Assembly (NCBI GenBank): GCA_050273025.1 | Contig: CP158635.1 | Coordinates: 15,376,001-15,440,000, forward strand | Length of the DNA stretch: 64,000 bases | Reading direction: 5' to 3' | From: Cenococcum geophilum | Taxonomy: Eukaryota | In this document: piece after piece, positions 50,003-61,409 of the stretch | Numbering within the stretch: the first letter of the stretch is position 1 | Layout: each line of letters begins with the position of its first letter | Program-made: the position numbers and the translations under genes | The notes under the pieces: model-generated | Databases searched by the model: none | What the model saw: the letters and a program-made list of their open reading frames with translations, nothing else | Told to the model about the DNA's origin: nothing

Positions 50003-50886
50003 ACGTAGTGCAGTATTAGATGCTTAGCTGGCCGTATTGTTTTCTACGCTATGCCGAACAGGCTCCCAGGTGTGGCGCTCTTCTAGAAACGTCTTTGAAA
50101 GGTCACGTGCTGGCTATTTTTGGCAGCCGAGCGTTCCTTTGTTGCCAGCTGTCTCTCATACCGGCTCAGCGGCTGCCTCTGGTGCCTTTCCTATCACCAC
50201 AGTCGTAGACATGGACCGAGCCTGCCAGGTGCTGGCGCAAGGTCTCCCTCCAGATGTTCCTAAAACATGGGCTTATCAGAACGAGGCGATGTCCCTCTCT
50301 ATACGCTCTATTATCGCGCATACGGACAACCCTCTATAGAGGAAAAGGTCCAACGCCAGTAATACCTCACCCCAGAGGAAGAGAAAGCTCTTGTTGCTTT
50401 TTTATTACTAATATCTGATCTTGGATAGCCTGTTCGAATAAAGTATATACCTTCGCTAGCCTTCAGCCTCGCCCGCCGGCGGTCCACGACGGACAAACCA
50501 ATCAAGCCTCCAGGCAAGAACTAGGCTCGATCCTTTAAGATACGTCAACCCCAACTCAAAGCGAGGAGAGTTAGGTCGATAGACTGGAAACGTCACAAAA
50601 AGAATACATACGTCAAGATTACACACGGTTCGAAGTAATTGGCAGAGTAGTACATAATCCGGCCATTCTACCGGAAAATTGCTACAACATGGACGAGACG
50701 GGAGTCATATTAAGCATGCTTGGCTCCGTCAAAGTCCTTGTAAGTAAGGACGACCTACGTAACTATAGAGGCGCGGGAGTCAAGCGGACAATGGTAACTG
50801 CTATTGAGTGTGTCAGTGCTGATGGTAGGTCACTGCTCCCTCTTATAATCTGGCCAGCTTCAACCCACCGAAGCAACTGGACCTGA
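50003..50886 (+). pseudogene. Truncated Fot1/pogo (Tc1-mariner, DDE_1) element with 5' transposase from ATG 50211
   Basis: YLTPEEEKALV, KPPGKN*ARSF and ENCYNMDETGVILSMLGSVKVLV..VTAIECVSADGRSLLPLIIW. ACGT-start terminus at 50003. Confidence 0.88.
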
Positions 50887-50889
50887 TGG

Positions 50890-51910
50890 CGTTATCTGGG
50901 ACTGGGTCTACAATGTCATTGCAGAGTTGGCGCTCACAACCGTCGCCAGACCATCGACACCTCCCCCATCCGGCCCTCCACGTACCGCGTCGTTTCAGCA
51001 GACGCCTTGGTCGTTCAACACCGGGAGTTTCGTAGACACATCCGATCTGAGGAGGAATGTGGATCCCATACTTAGGAGTGAAGCGGAGGATAATCTTACG
51101 ATTAATCATCCGGACGTTCTCAACACGTTTTTTGGAAAGATCTCGCAACTTCAGTAGAGGGTGGCGGAAGCTACATACACATTCGACGGAATGGCCAGAC
51201 GGAGCGGATCTGGCTAGAGGAGCTCATAAGGCAACAGCGCTCGGTTGCTGGTCAAGCAACGAGGTATTAGAGGGGCTCCTTTCGGGACGGAGCGGGCCGC
51301 GAACTTATGATCAAGGACTTATGGGAATACGAAGGACGGCCCAAAGAAGGCCTCTTGCTTAAGGAGGCAACGGAAGCCGATATAAAGAATGTGGCGCGGT
51401 ATTACCACCATAAGACGGTGCTCGCCAATAACGAGGTGGACAATATTTTAATAAACGTGCGGAGGGGACTAAGCGATACAGTCGGCCGAAATCCACTTCA
51501 ATAGCAACGGGCAGCACATTCCGAAGCCATCACAAGTTTAAGAACGTCTAGTCCCTCTAGAGCTAGAAGAGGTAGGAGTAGGAGCAGCAGTCAAACCATG
51601 CCGCGGAAGAGGTCATTAAGCAGTATTCAGGCATCGATGCCCCCCCCAAACGGTCATGCTCGGACTCGCCAGTTAAGCAGGATATGCACCAACAAAGAAA
51701 TCGTATTCATCGTCAACTTATTATACAAGATTTTAGGAAGAGCGTTTACAAATCAAGCTCTCCACGCGGCATATTAGTAGGATTGCTTAGCGGCATAAAA
51801 GGTAAGTGCCCGACGAAGCTTTCCAGGCCACGGCTGATTTCTTAGGGCACAAGTCGCTACTAGATGCGAGTATCCTCCACCAGGATATCTCTATTGGGAA
51901 TACTATAAAA
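50890..51910 (+). pseudogene. Fungal-type protein kinase (FunK1/Pkinase_fungal) remnant
   Basis: QQTPWSFNTGS..DLRRNVDPILRSE, IKDLWEYEGRPKEGLLLKEAT..NVARYYHH, NRIHRQLII and HKSLLDASILHQDISIGN, with deletions and stops. Confidence 0.8.
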
Positions 51911-52149
51911 CAGCCCAGATACCATTTGCTAATCTTTGAAGGTTTTGCGCAGTGTATATCACGTCCTGCTCCGGTGGGACAGGTTGTCGGAGAAGGATGT
52001 TCTGAAAGTGCAGGACGAGGGGCGGCGTCGTTGCGGGAGGACTTCCGATAACAACACCGTTTGCGTTAATGTCAACTGTTTGTATTTGGGCGGGGACTTG
52101 TGCGGGCGGCCGATTTGATCGAAGAGTATATGTGGGAGTCGCCGGTCTA

Positions 52150-52910
52150 CACTCCCACTTCTTAATATGTATCGTTCTTGCTACTTAATTAATCTTAAAA
52201 AGAAGAACAATCTTTACGCGGCCCTGGGAATTGGCTAACCACTATTGCGCATTATTTCTGAGCTTGCGTAATGTTTCTGACACGCTAACCTTAAAGACAA
52301 GTGTTGGCCAATCCATCGGATTTGGTTGGGTAGCAATAGGCCTCCAGCATGAGTTGGCTTCTTTTTTTGTCGAACGTCCCTTATATGTTGTTGCACCCAT
52401 ATCACAGAGGTCGTCAAGATCTGTTAATCCCATGTGTTCAATCCGACGCGCAAAGTCATGTGTAAAAGCCCTAGTTACTCTTTTATGCTCCTTTGTGGGG
52501 ACTTTAATTATTAAGGTGTTAATATCCGTGCAGTAAGTAAACCGTAAGCCCCTACTGATTGTATAGCGCTTTTCCTTAATTTTAGCAAAGTCACCCTCTG
52601 TAATAGACTGAAAAACCAGATATTAACTTATTGCTGTACCCTGGTACAAATGGTTAGAAAGCGTATTAATAGCGCTTCGTAGTCTAGAAATTAAGGTAAA
52701 CGTCCGAGTTTAGTCTTTAAGTCCCTCCAAAAGCTGAGAAGATGTGATAGGAGTAATATCAATCGCTTCGTCGGAGGCTCGGGCGGAGACTTGGGCGGAG
52801 GCTTTGGCGGCGGTTGAGGCGGAGGCTTTGGCGGCGGTTGATGCAGACATAGTGTAAGGGCGGAGATAATAGCGAGCGTCGCTACCGGATTCACCGAAAT
52901 AAGTAGTCAT
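52150..52910 (-). pseudogene. PD-(D/E)XK restriction-endonuclease-fold (Crinkler REase/Uma2-like) gene remnant
   Basis: LIIKVPTKEH..MGATTYKG..KKEANSCWRP..DWPTLVFKVSVSETLRKLRNNAQ*WL, the RIPed form of KEADS..WPTLV.EVGVSE...L..DA.WW. Confidence 0.7.
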
Positions 52911-52918
52911 TTTGAAAA

Positions 52919-53140
52919 GGTTTCTTTAATGGATTTGTGATAAGATGTGAGGCTAAAGAAATCTAATGAAATGTTCGACGGTCTCTTTAATGGGCTTGTG
53001 ATAAAATGTGAGGTTAAAGAAATCTGATGAAATGTTTGACGGTCTCTTTAACGGGCTTATGACAAGATGTGAGGCTAAAGAAATCTGATGAAATGTTCGA
53101 CAGTCTCTTTAATGGGCTTGTGATAAGATGTAAGGTTGAA
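52919..53140. repeat. 61-bp tandem repeat, about 3.6 copies
   Basis: Units start at 52919, 52980, 53041 and 53102 (GGTCTCTTTAATGGGCTTGTGATAAGATGTGAGGCTAAAGAAATCTGATGAAATGTTCGAC). Confidence 0.92.
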
Positions 53141-53736
53141 GATAAAGGTTGATGAAGAGAACGTACTGTGAGTGATTAATATTTTATCACTTCATGCGAC
53201 TCGCGAGGAAAGGTACGCTGAGGTGAGATGATGAACTTGTGAGTGATTGCTTTATGCCCTCGCTTGTGTACCTCTGTAACTTTCGCTTGCAACTGAGATT
53301 TATGTAAGATACAAAACCTTCTCGTAGACCAGATTCGATCTGCCATTGCAAAAGTTTGCTCTTAAATATAACCAATGTGCGTATTTGGACATAGACATAC
53401 GTATATACGTTCAGAGCTATAATATACAATGTGTTTATACAGATGCCGGCGCAAATACCCTCGAGCCCTGCACGAACACAAGGGTCCCAATGCGAAAAAA
53501 ATCAGAAGTATATACAGAAACATCCCGATTCCCGAGTCCCTCGAATGACTCTGCATCCAGCCCCGTTTCCTAGGGCCTTCCCTGCTCTAACTTCCCTTTT
53601 AACTCCCCATCTTAAAACTCTCCCCCCAGGCTCCTCCCCTCCCACCCGCATCTCCCAAGTCCTCCAAGCCGACCAGCTTCACGCCACCCTTACCTCATCC
53701 TTCCTATTCCCCTCTCCAGGCTCATTCCCCTCCAAT

Positions 53737-55413
53737 TCAGCCCTCCAAACCCGCCCCTTCTAAACCTTCTACCTCTCCTTCCACCAACTCCCCCAAAAAC
53801 CCCTCTTCCCCCTCCACAGTCCGATGAAACCCGCCCCCAACCCCATCACTCACCCAGCAGACTCCCAACGCACACTCGATCCGCCGCAACCGCCACGCCC
53901 ATAGCGCTAGCAGCGCCTCCTCCATCTCGCGCGTCCAGGCGGGAGCGAGATCTGGGTGCTGCACCAGTCTGTTCTGCAGGCCGCGCGGGAGAGAGGTGAA
54001 AGGGACGCCGCTTTGGGCAAAGACGCGCCAGGCGAGGGCGGGAGAACCGGCGCGGAGGAGGGCGTGGATGAAGACTGCGGGGGCGTGGAGAGGGTGCCGG
54101 TGTTCTATTTCTGGTCCTGGTTCCGCTTCCGCTGCTCCGACTTCCGCTGCTTCGACTTCGACTTCCGCTTCTGCTTCCGCCTCCGTTTCCGCCGCCATCG
54201 TCCCCCTTTCCCCCTCCGGCATGCCGCCACCAGCCCCCCGCTTCCCTCCTCGCCCAACCCACCCCTCCCATTCTCTCCACACCCCTTCCGCATCCCCGAG
54301 CCTCCCGAGCGCCCGCACCCACGCGCCCAGATACCACCAATCCGCCCGCCTCCCCTCCATCCAAAGCCCCAAATGCCACGGCTCCCCCCCGGCCCCTTCC
54401 ACCCCCTCAACCCCAACCACCGCCCTGACCCACTCCCCCCTCATTCCCCCCTCCCCTCCCTCGCATCCCGCTTCTTCCGCCTCCGCCGCGACCGCCCGCT
54501 CCGCGACCGCCCGAACCACCTCCCCGAACAGCCGCGGCGGCAGCGCTGCCCGCCGCGCCCGCAGCGCCACGAGGTGTCTCCGCAGCGCCGAAAGCGTGGG
54601 CCTCGGCGCCGCTGCCGCCATGTGCAGCCCCGCGTACAGCAGCGGCGTCGGGGGCGGTATGTCGCTAGCGCGGAAGCGCGTCAGGAGCGCTGTCAGGAGG
54701 GCGGGTAGGCGGGTGTCGGCGGGGTGGGCGCGGTGCAGGTGGAGGAGGGCGCTGGATAGGGGGCCGGCGAGGGAGGGGGAGGCGAGTGCGGTGGTGAGGC
54801 GGGGGTCGGAGAGTGCGGTGGTGGTGAGGCGCTGGAGGGAGGCGGGGGAGGTGGCGAGGGGCAGTTGGGTGAGGAGGGTGTGCTGGAGGGTTAGGTCGGC
54901 GAGGCGGGTTGGGCCGGGGGTTGGGGGCTGGGAGGAGAGGAGCTGGCGCGCCGTAGTGGAGAGGGCGGCGGTGGTTATGGCGTCGCTTTGCCGTCGGGAT
55001 TGTGCGACGATTTTGGGGGTGCGGTGCCGGTGCCCTGCGGTGGGGGGAAGGATTGCGGTGCGCAATTCGTCCGTGAGGCTGAAGAGGTTGAGTTGTCGGT
55101 TTAGAGCGTCTCGAAAATCCGGCGGGATGTCGTTGATTTCGGGGGTTTCTTTGGCTGGCTTGCTGGAAACACGAAAGCGTCTATCATCCTGATTTCGAGC
55201 GTTAGGTATGGTGCTATTCTGGCGCCAAGTATGAGGTTGTTTCCCACTCTCCCTGAGAGCATAAGATGGTCTCTCATCCTTACTGCCGCTGTCGGATGCG
55301 TTGTGGGTTGAGAGGGTACGGAGGATTGTCTGTCGCCCACGGGGGGGTTGGCGGGCTATCGAGGGAGCATATTTGCACAGGACGCACACGGAACGAATAG
55401 AGCCCAATGGCAT
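53737..55413 (-). CDS. Hypothetical 558-aa protein, probably mitochondrial and helical-repeat-like
   Basis: Single long ORF. The N-terminus MPLGSIRSVCVLCKY..RTLST resembles a mitochondrial targeting peptide. YLGAWVRALGRLGDAEGVWREW is PPR-like. Divergent from SYF2. Confidence 0.65.
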   Translation of the reverse strand: MPLGSIRSVCVLCKYAPSIARQPPRGRQTILRTLSTHNASDSGSKDERPSYALRESGKQPHTWRQNSTIPNARNQDDRRFRVSSKPAKETPEINDIPPDFRDALNRQLNLFSLTDELRTAILPPTAGHRHRTPKIVAQSRRQSDAITTAALSTTARQLLSSQPPTPGPTRLADLTLQHTLLTQLPLATSPASLQRLTTTALSDPRLTTALASPSLAGPLSSALLHLHRAHPADTRLPALLTALLTRFRASDIPPPTPLLYAGLHMAAAAPRPTLSALRRHLVALRARRAALPPRLFGEVVRAVAERAVAAEAEEAGCEGGEGGMRGEWVRAVVGVEGVEGAGGEPWHLGLWMEGRRADWWYLGAWVRALGRLGDAEGVWREWEGWVGRGGKRGAGGGMPEGERGTMAAETEAEAEAEVEVEAAEVGAAEAEPGPEIEHRHPLHAPAVFIHALLRAGSPALAWRVFAQSGVPFTSLPRGLQNRLVQHPDLAPAWTREMEEALLALWAWRLRRIECALGVCWVSDGVGGGFHRTVEGEEGFLGELVEGEVEGLEGAGLEG

Positions 55414-55773
55414 TGATGGTGTAAGACTGTGTCCAGCTTTCCTAGTTGGGTGTGGTTATGATTTTGGAGACTGCACAGTAGTGTGGCCGAAGCTTCGAGA
55501 AAATAAGAGTGCTGGCAGGCAGCCCAATTGCTAATGCTGGTATCGGGAAGAGCTGTATATTGAAGCTCTAAGTTGGCTTCAATTTCAAATATTGCTGAAT
55601 AATGAGAGGCTGGCAATGCCTTTGCCTCTTGAGCCGTCGATGCCGTCCAAAGAATTGGTATTGTGGCTTGGTGTTGAGGCTTGGTGTTGCGGCTCTGCGA
55701 AAAAGTTGGCGCTAGCGGCCGTCTCGACCTTTTCCTCCGACATCATCACCACAATTAACACTTTAACACCAGA

Positions 55774-56699
55774 ATGACTGCCAACAAGGAAGCAGGGAGC
55801 GCTGTTGAGCTCGAGCAGCCACCGGCTGTTGCAGAGGAGGCTCAAGAAACCGAAGCCACTCCAGACACCGTACTCTCCAAACCCACCTCTGATGCCGAAC
55901 CATCAAACGCAGTTCAGTCGCGCATGGAGCGCTTCAAAGCTCTACAAGCCCGCCAAGCCGCCTCGCGCAAGCAGAACCTTAAAGAATCAAAAGCAGAAAC
56001 ACAGCGGCTGGCCACTGATCCAAACCTCCTTTCTGCGCTAGAGCGAAAACGCGCCATCGCCTCACACAAGTTACTCAAATCTGAAACTCCTGACTTCGAG
56101 CGCAAGCGCGCCTGGGACTGGACAGTCGAGGAGTCGGAGGCGTGGGACAAGCGCATGGAGAAGAAGTCGCGGCATCGGGAAGACGTCGCGTTCCAGGACT
56201 ACAGGCAGGATGCACGGAAAGTTTATAAACGACAGCTGCGAGATCTCGCGCCGGATAAGGAAGCCTATGAGAGGCAAAAGCAGGAAGCGATTCAGAAGGC
56301 TGCGCAGAATGGAGGGCTGGAGATTGTGGAGACAGAGGATGGAGAGCTCATTGCTGTGGACAGGGATGGAACCTTCTACTCGACCGCGGACAGCACAGAT
56401 TTCGTCCAGAATAAGCCGGATAAGGCGGCGGTAGACCGACTTGTGGCTGATATTAGGAAAGCAGAAGATGTTCGGCTCAAGAAGAGGAGAGATAGAGGAA
56501 TCGATGATGATACCGGTGGAGATGTCACTTATATCAACCAGAAAGTATGTCTTATCACTTTTCTATATCTAACATCGTTCGGAGTGGTTTGGCTAACAGT
56601 CTTACTCAGAACAAGCAATTCAACGAGAAGCTTGCCCGCTTCTACAACAAGTATACTGCGGACATTCGGGAGAGCTTCGAGAGAGGAACTGCACTTTGA
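55774..56699 (+). CDS. SYF2: Pre-mRNA splicing factor Syf2; intron 56545-56609
   Basis: FERKRAWDWTVEESEAWDKR..KPDKAAVDRLV..DVTYINQK/NKQFNEKLARFYNKYTADIRESFERGTA. Confidence 0.96.
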
Positions 56700-58579
56700 A
56701 AGCAGTCAGGCGATGTTTAGAAGACATTCTGTCACTTAGGGCGTTATCGGTGATTGGTTAGGCATTCAGGCACGTTGTATTTCTAGCATGGGACTGGATT
56801 TTGAGCAAATTTTATCATTGAGCGCGGTATGATCACTAAGGGATCTTTATTTCCAACGAACATTTTCCATTTTATCAACTTAACGGATCTGCTTATATAT
56901 ATTAAGCAGAAACAACAAAGCTGTGTAAGAGATACAGATCCACGAGGACATGCCCTAGTGCCTCTCAGTCATGTGCGCATGTATTCCTCTATGCATATCT
57001 TGAACACTGCCTTCATTCACCAGGTCGGTGAGGCCGCCTAGTACTTTTAAATCTCCGCTTTCTGACTTTCTCTTCTTCAGCTCCTCCAACTATTTCAATT
57101 ACACCTTTGCCTATCGCTCAGCCATCTCAAAAGTATTCAATCACGACACACCCTCTTCTAGACAATTCACATCTCAATCCCAATTCTCGTTATCGCTGGG
57201 ATGCTTTGGGCAACCCTGACCTATGCCTTGGCTATCCACAGTGCTCTAGTCAAAGCCAACTTCACTCTCCTAGTTGGATATGTCATCGATCCCAACATTT
57301 CCCTAGCTGTGGCAACGGAGGGCGACACGCGGGGCGACTCTTTGGTATATCTTATCAAAGTTCATTCACAATCCGCTTAGTAAAAGACTAACTTGTGTAT
57401 CTCTAGTTGCGACTCTACAAAGACAACAACAACTGCAAGGGAACCTCGTGGTATGCCAGATCTACGTCCCATATGGGAACGTGCACCGTGGCACCGTGAG
57501 TTATCGCATATAAAATGGATTTTAAAGAAGCACAAGACCTTTAGATTTGCTTGCTCCCTAACCAATGAGCATTTCTTACAGACAAAACGAAGTCTCCTCG
57601 GTCGAATTTCTTCTTGGAAACAACCCATTCTGGTACCAGTTTTACGAGTGAGTTTAGCTAGCATATCACCTCCTTGAAAGAGTATCTGCATCTAGGATAT
57701 AAGTTTACTAACCGATTTAAGTAAATAGGACTGCCCACAGTATGAGATCCGATATGTAGCAATAGGAAACAAGATACCCGACTTTACAACCACTGCTCTA
57801 GGCTTTCAATGCTTCTGATCTGGATAATCATAGACCAAACCCCTCCTTGACGAAATCTACCTCGGCTAGTCAGCATCGCTGCTATACTCCTGCGCTCGGA
57901 ACCGCAATCCTTGAATCCGATGAAGGATATGGTAAGGGCAGTGAGTGCCCAGTCCTTCGAGTCGCGTGATATGAATCTTAGCACGGATTCTTCCTTCCAT
58001 ACCTAGTTCCATACTCAGTACAATCAACGTTTTATAGGTGCATCAATCAATGTGCCTCATCGAAATCTGCCATTGTTGGCACTAACACTGCATCAGCGTT
58101 CCTCAACGCATGGATGCGAAGAGCAGCCTGTATCCGTCCGTCGAACGAACTCGTGTGTCGATTGATCTATGAAAGAAAAGAGACTATATATACAGCACCT
58201 AGACGCGTCCAGTAGTTAGCGTGTTTTATTAAAATTTCCTTAAACAGCAAAAATACCAAAACTTCCCCTACAAAAAGGCCGAGCAGACGTGGCCGCGCTA
58301 ACCACCGGAGTTGACAGGAGGGTGTACATGAGGTAGGTGCAGGCAACAGGAAGTGGGGGCAGGCAACTGAAACAGGGTGGTAGGTAGCTGGGTGGTGAGT
58401 CATAGGGTGGTAGGCATCCGAAACAGAGTAAGCAAATCCGGTCTAGGTCGGCACCGTCTTCTGGTGACGCAAAGTTAGACATCAATGTCCCAAGGTTCTC
58501 CTCCGCCAAGTCCACTCAACAAATCGCACCAGCGCTATAAAGTCAGCAGGAAGCCAGCAAAGGCTGAGTTCCCAAATTC

Positions 58580-59400
58580 TTCATCATTGAGACGAGCCCG
58601 CAGATATCCTTCGATATTTGGATCACTTGCCTTTAAAGAAGGCCAATGACGACAGTCATCCTCCGAGTCCATGCTCCAATTCTGAGGCCAGTTTCTAGGC
58701 AAATCCTGAAAAGAAAAGTAATCAAGTCAGCAAAGCTGGCATCACCAAAAAAGGTTACTTCATCATTGGGGTGGGCCCTCAGATATCCTTCGATATTTGG
58801 ATCACTTGCCTTTAAAGAAGGCCAATGACGATAGTCATCCTCCGAGTCCATACTCCAATTCTGAGGCTAGGTTCTAGGCAAATCCTGAAAAGAAAAGCAA
58901 TCAAGAAGTCAGCAAAGCTGACATCACCAAAAAACCGGTGTACTTCATCATTGGGGTAGGCCCTCAGAGATCCTCCGAGTCCGGATCACTTGCCTTTGAA
59001 GAAGGCCAATGATGATAGTCATCCTCCGAGTCCGTACTCCAATTCTGAGGCCAGGTTCTAGGCAAATCCTGAAAAGAAAAGCAATCGAGAAGTCAGCAAA
59101 GCTGGCATCACCAGAAAACGGTAGCTTCATCATTGGGGTGGGCCCTCAGAGATCCTCCGTGTCTGCATCACTTGCCTTTAAAGAAGGCCAATGATGATAG
59201 TCGTCCTTGGAGTACATGCTCCAATTCTGAGGCCAGGTTCTAGGCAAATCCTGAAAAGAAAAGCAATCAAGAAGTCAGCAAAGCTGGCATCACCAAAAAA
59301 GGTTACTTCATCATTGGGGTGGGCCCTCAGAGATCTTCCGAGTCTGGATCACTTGCCCTTAAGAAGACCAGTGATGACAACGGCTCTCGGAGCCCATGCT
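58580..59400 (-). repeat. Tandem repeat of ~180-bp units (about 4.5 copies), each a 126-nt exon plus a ~55-nt intron
   Basis: The minus-strand unit is DLPRTWPQNWSMDSEDDYRHWPSLKASDPNIEGYLRAHPNDE followed by GTAACC..GCTGAC..TTTTCAG. Confidence 0.85.
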
Positions 59401-61409
59401 CCATCCCAACGTCGCAACGCCCAAGTATCTCTTGTGTGCTTGCCCACGATGCAATGTCCGGTGGGCAGGAACGAGTCTGAGGTCTTATGCAGTATGGCGC
59501 CAACGTGTTGAAGGGCATGTGCCGTGGTATCATACGTGGGTAAATCCGGTGGAGGACATGAAGTCTTCGGAGGCAAGGTAGGCTAGAACGCTAGGGGCAA
59601 GTGCTGACAGGTAACAAGATCACGGTCGATGAGGAGTACAATGGTAGCATCCGAAGACGAATATTCATGCCCTAGTGGAAGAGATGCGAAGAGATGAAAG
59701 ACCGGTGATGAAGCAAGGAAGTGATGGAACAATCTTGAAGAGTGTCGAAGATCGGTGTGTTGTTGTCAAGAGTGATGAAAAGAAATTTGAGGGCGAAGAG
59801 CCGCCTTTTATGCCTGGAGAGACCCTAGCTTTAGAGCCGCTTGCTGGGATAGTAGGTCAGTGGAAGGAAGGCGATATCGTAGAAGTTTGCGTTCAGGCTT
59901 TGCCTTGCAGCACTTCGTAGCTCGCTTATTGATACCAAGGAAGGGATGGAGAACTCTCGAGGAAGTTAAGAGATGCTTCAAGGGGATTGCGAAGATGAAT
60001 AAGGGGGTGAGGACTGAGACTAAGATAGGCGAGGAGAGTGCTTGAGGAAGCCGGTATCTGTTTCTGGGGGAATGCGGAGCGAATTAGGACGGCAACCATT
60101 GGTATTAAAGCAGTAGGGAGCTCTCGAGGTGTTAGTTGTCTCCAGGAAGTCACGAAGGCATATAAGCATGTGGTCATTAGTATTGAGGAAGGCGGGGACA
60201 CATTACGAGGAAGTCGGTATTCGTAGGGCAGTCACTGGCATCGAGGCAGGTAGTAAGCGGTCCCGAGGAAGTTGGCATGTATATCTCAGGGTATGTACAA
60301 AAAAATAAGTGGGGAGAGGACGCTCTCTCGTCAGAGGATCACATTTACGAACTGGTCGAATTAAGAGAAAGCACAGCGCTGTCCTGACCACGAGCACTGC
60401 TTTAGCCCCATTGTTGCCTTGTCAGGGAAGGGATATATTCAACACGATAATAGCACAGGAAAGGTCGATTGATTAGTCAAAGCCCCCGAAGCTCACTCCA
60501 GTTCAATTTACTACCTACATTTAGCACCCAAATCAATCAAGTGGCGCCAGCTCTCTTCTACTTAACAGACCTTTGCCCCTATCCTCTCAAAGGTCTAAAG
60601 CCAATCCAACGTCTATGATACTGCCTATATGCTCTACTACACCCGCAAAGCCTCGATCACTGTCAATATTGCTAACCTCCCTAGCGTCTAGCCCTCCGGC
60701 GCAACGCCTCGACCCCTCGAGGCGCCCGTAGTCTCGAGCGCTACAGCAGCAGCAGCTATATCCTTCACATTAAGCCCCGTTAACGCGACAACCACGATGG
60801 GGAATGTCTAGGCCACGTCATCGGTGGATTAGAATACCCGGCCAGTATCCAGAGGGGCAGTCCGGAGTGTGACGGCAGGGCACAAAATGAGGCGAGTCCT
60901 GAGGGTACGAGTGGGAACTTGGAGGTTAGGGCTGAGCAGTCGATAGAGACACGTTACGAGAGAGAGCTTCGATGCTGTAAATGGAGTTTGTAGGGGGAAA
61001 ATGAAGGAGGGGTATAAGTAGGAGATCGAGGTTAGGGGTTGAAACGAGTATTGAGAGATTCGGAGGGGCAGGGGGACTTGATCGGGAGGACTTGACGAGC
61101 ACGAAAGGGTCAAACGATGTTCTGTAGCGTAGGCTTTGTTCTTTGAGAGTATATAATAGCGCTGGTGTTGGGTTTCTTATATATGACAGAATTTTGCGCA
61201 GATTACGCCGCGTCTTTTACAAAGGCTCTTAATTGAAAGGAGATAGGATATATGTTTCAGTGACACCTTAAACTTATCGAATATCTCTATCTAGACTTAC
61301 ATCTAGAAGTTTCCATCTTTCCCGAAGAAGTAGAAATCGTTAGCTGTTCTGAAAATTAGCTAATCGATCACTAAAATCTAACAGAGGAGAGTTTCTTAAA
61401 AACAGGCGA

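Noticed and set aside
53956..55192. Plus-strand ORFs of 250 and 398 aa
   Set aside because: Antisense shadows of the GC-rich 558-aa gene, with low-complexity translations.
57200..58100. Coding-like minus-strand fragments
   Set aside because: I could not assemble a consistent frame or recognise a domain. Possibly a decayed gene.
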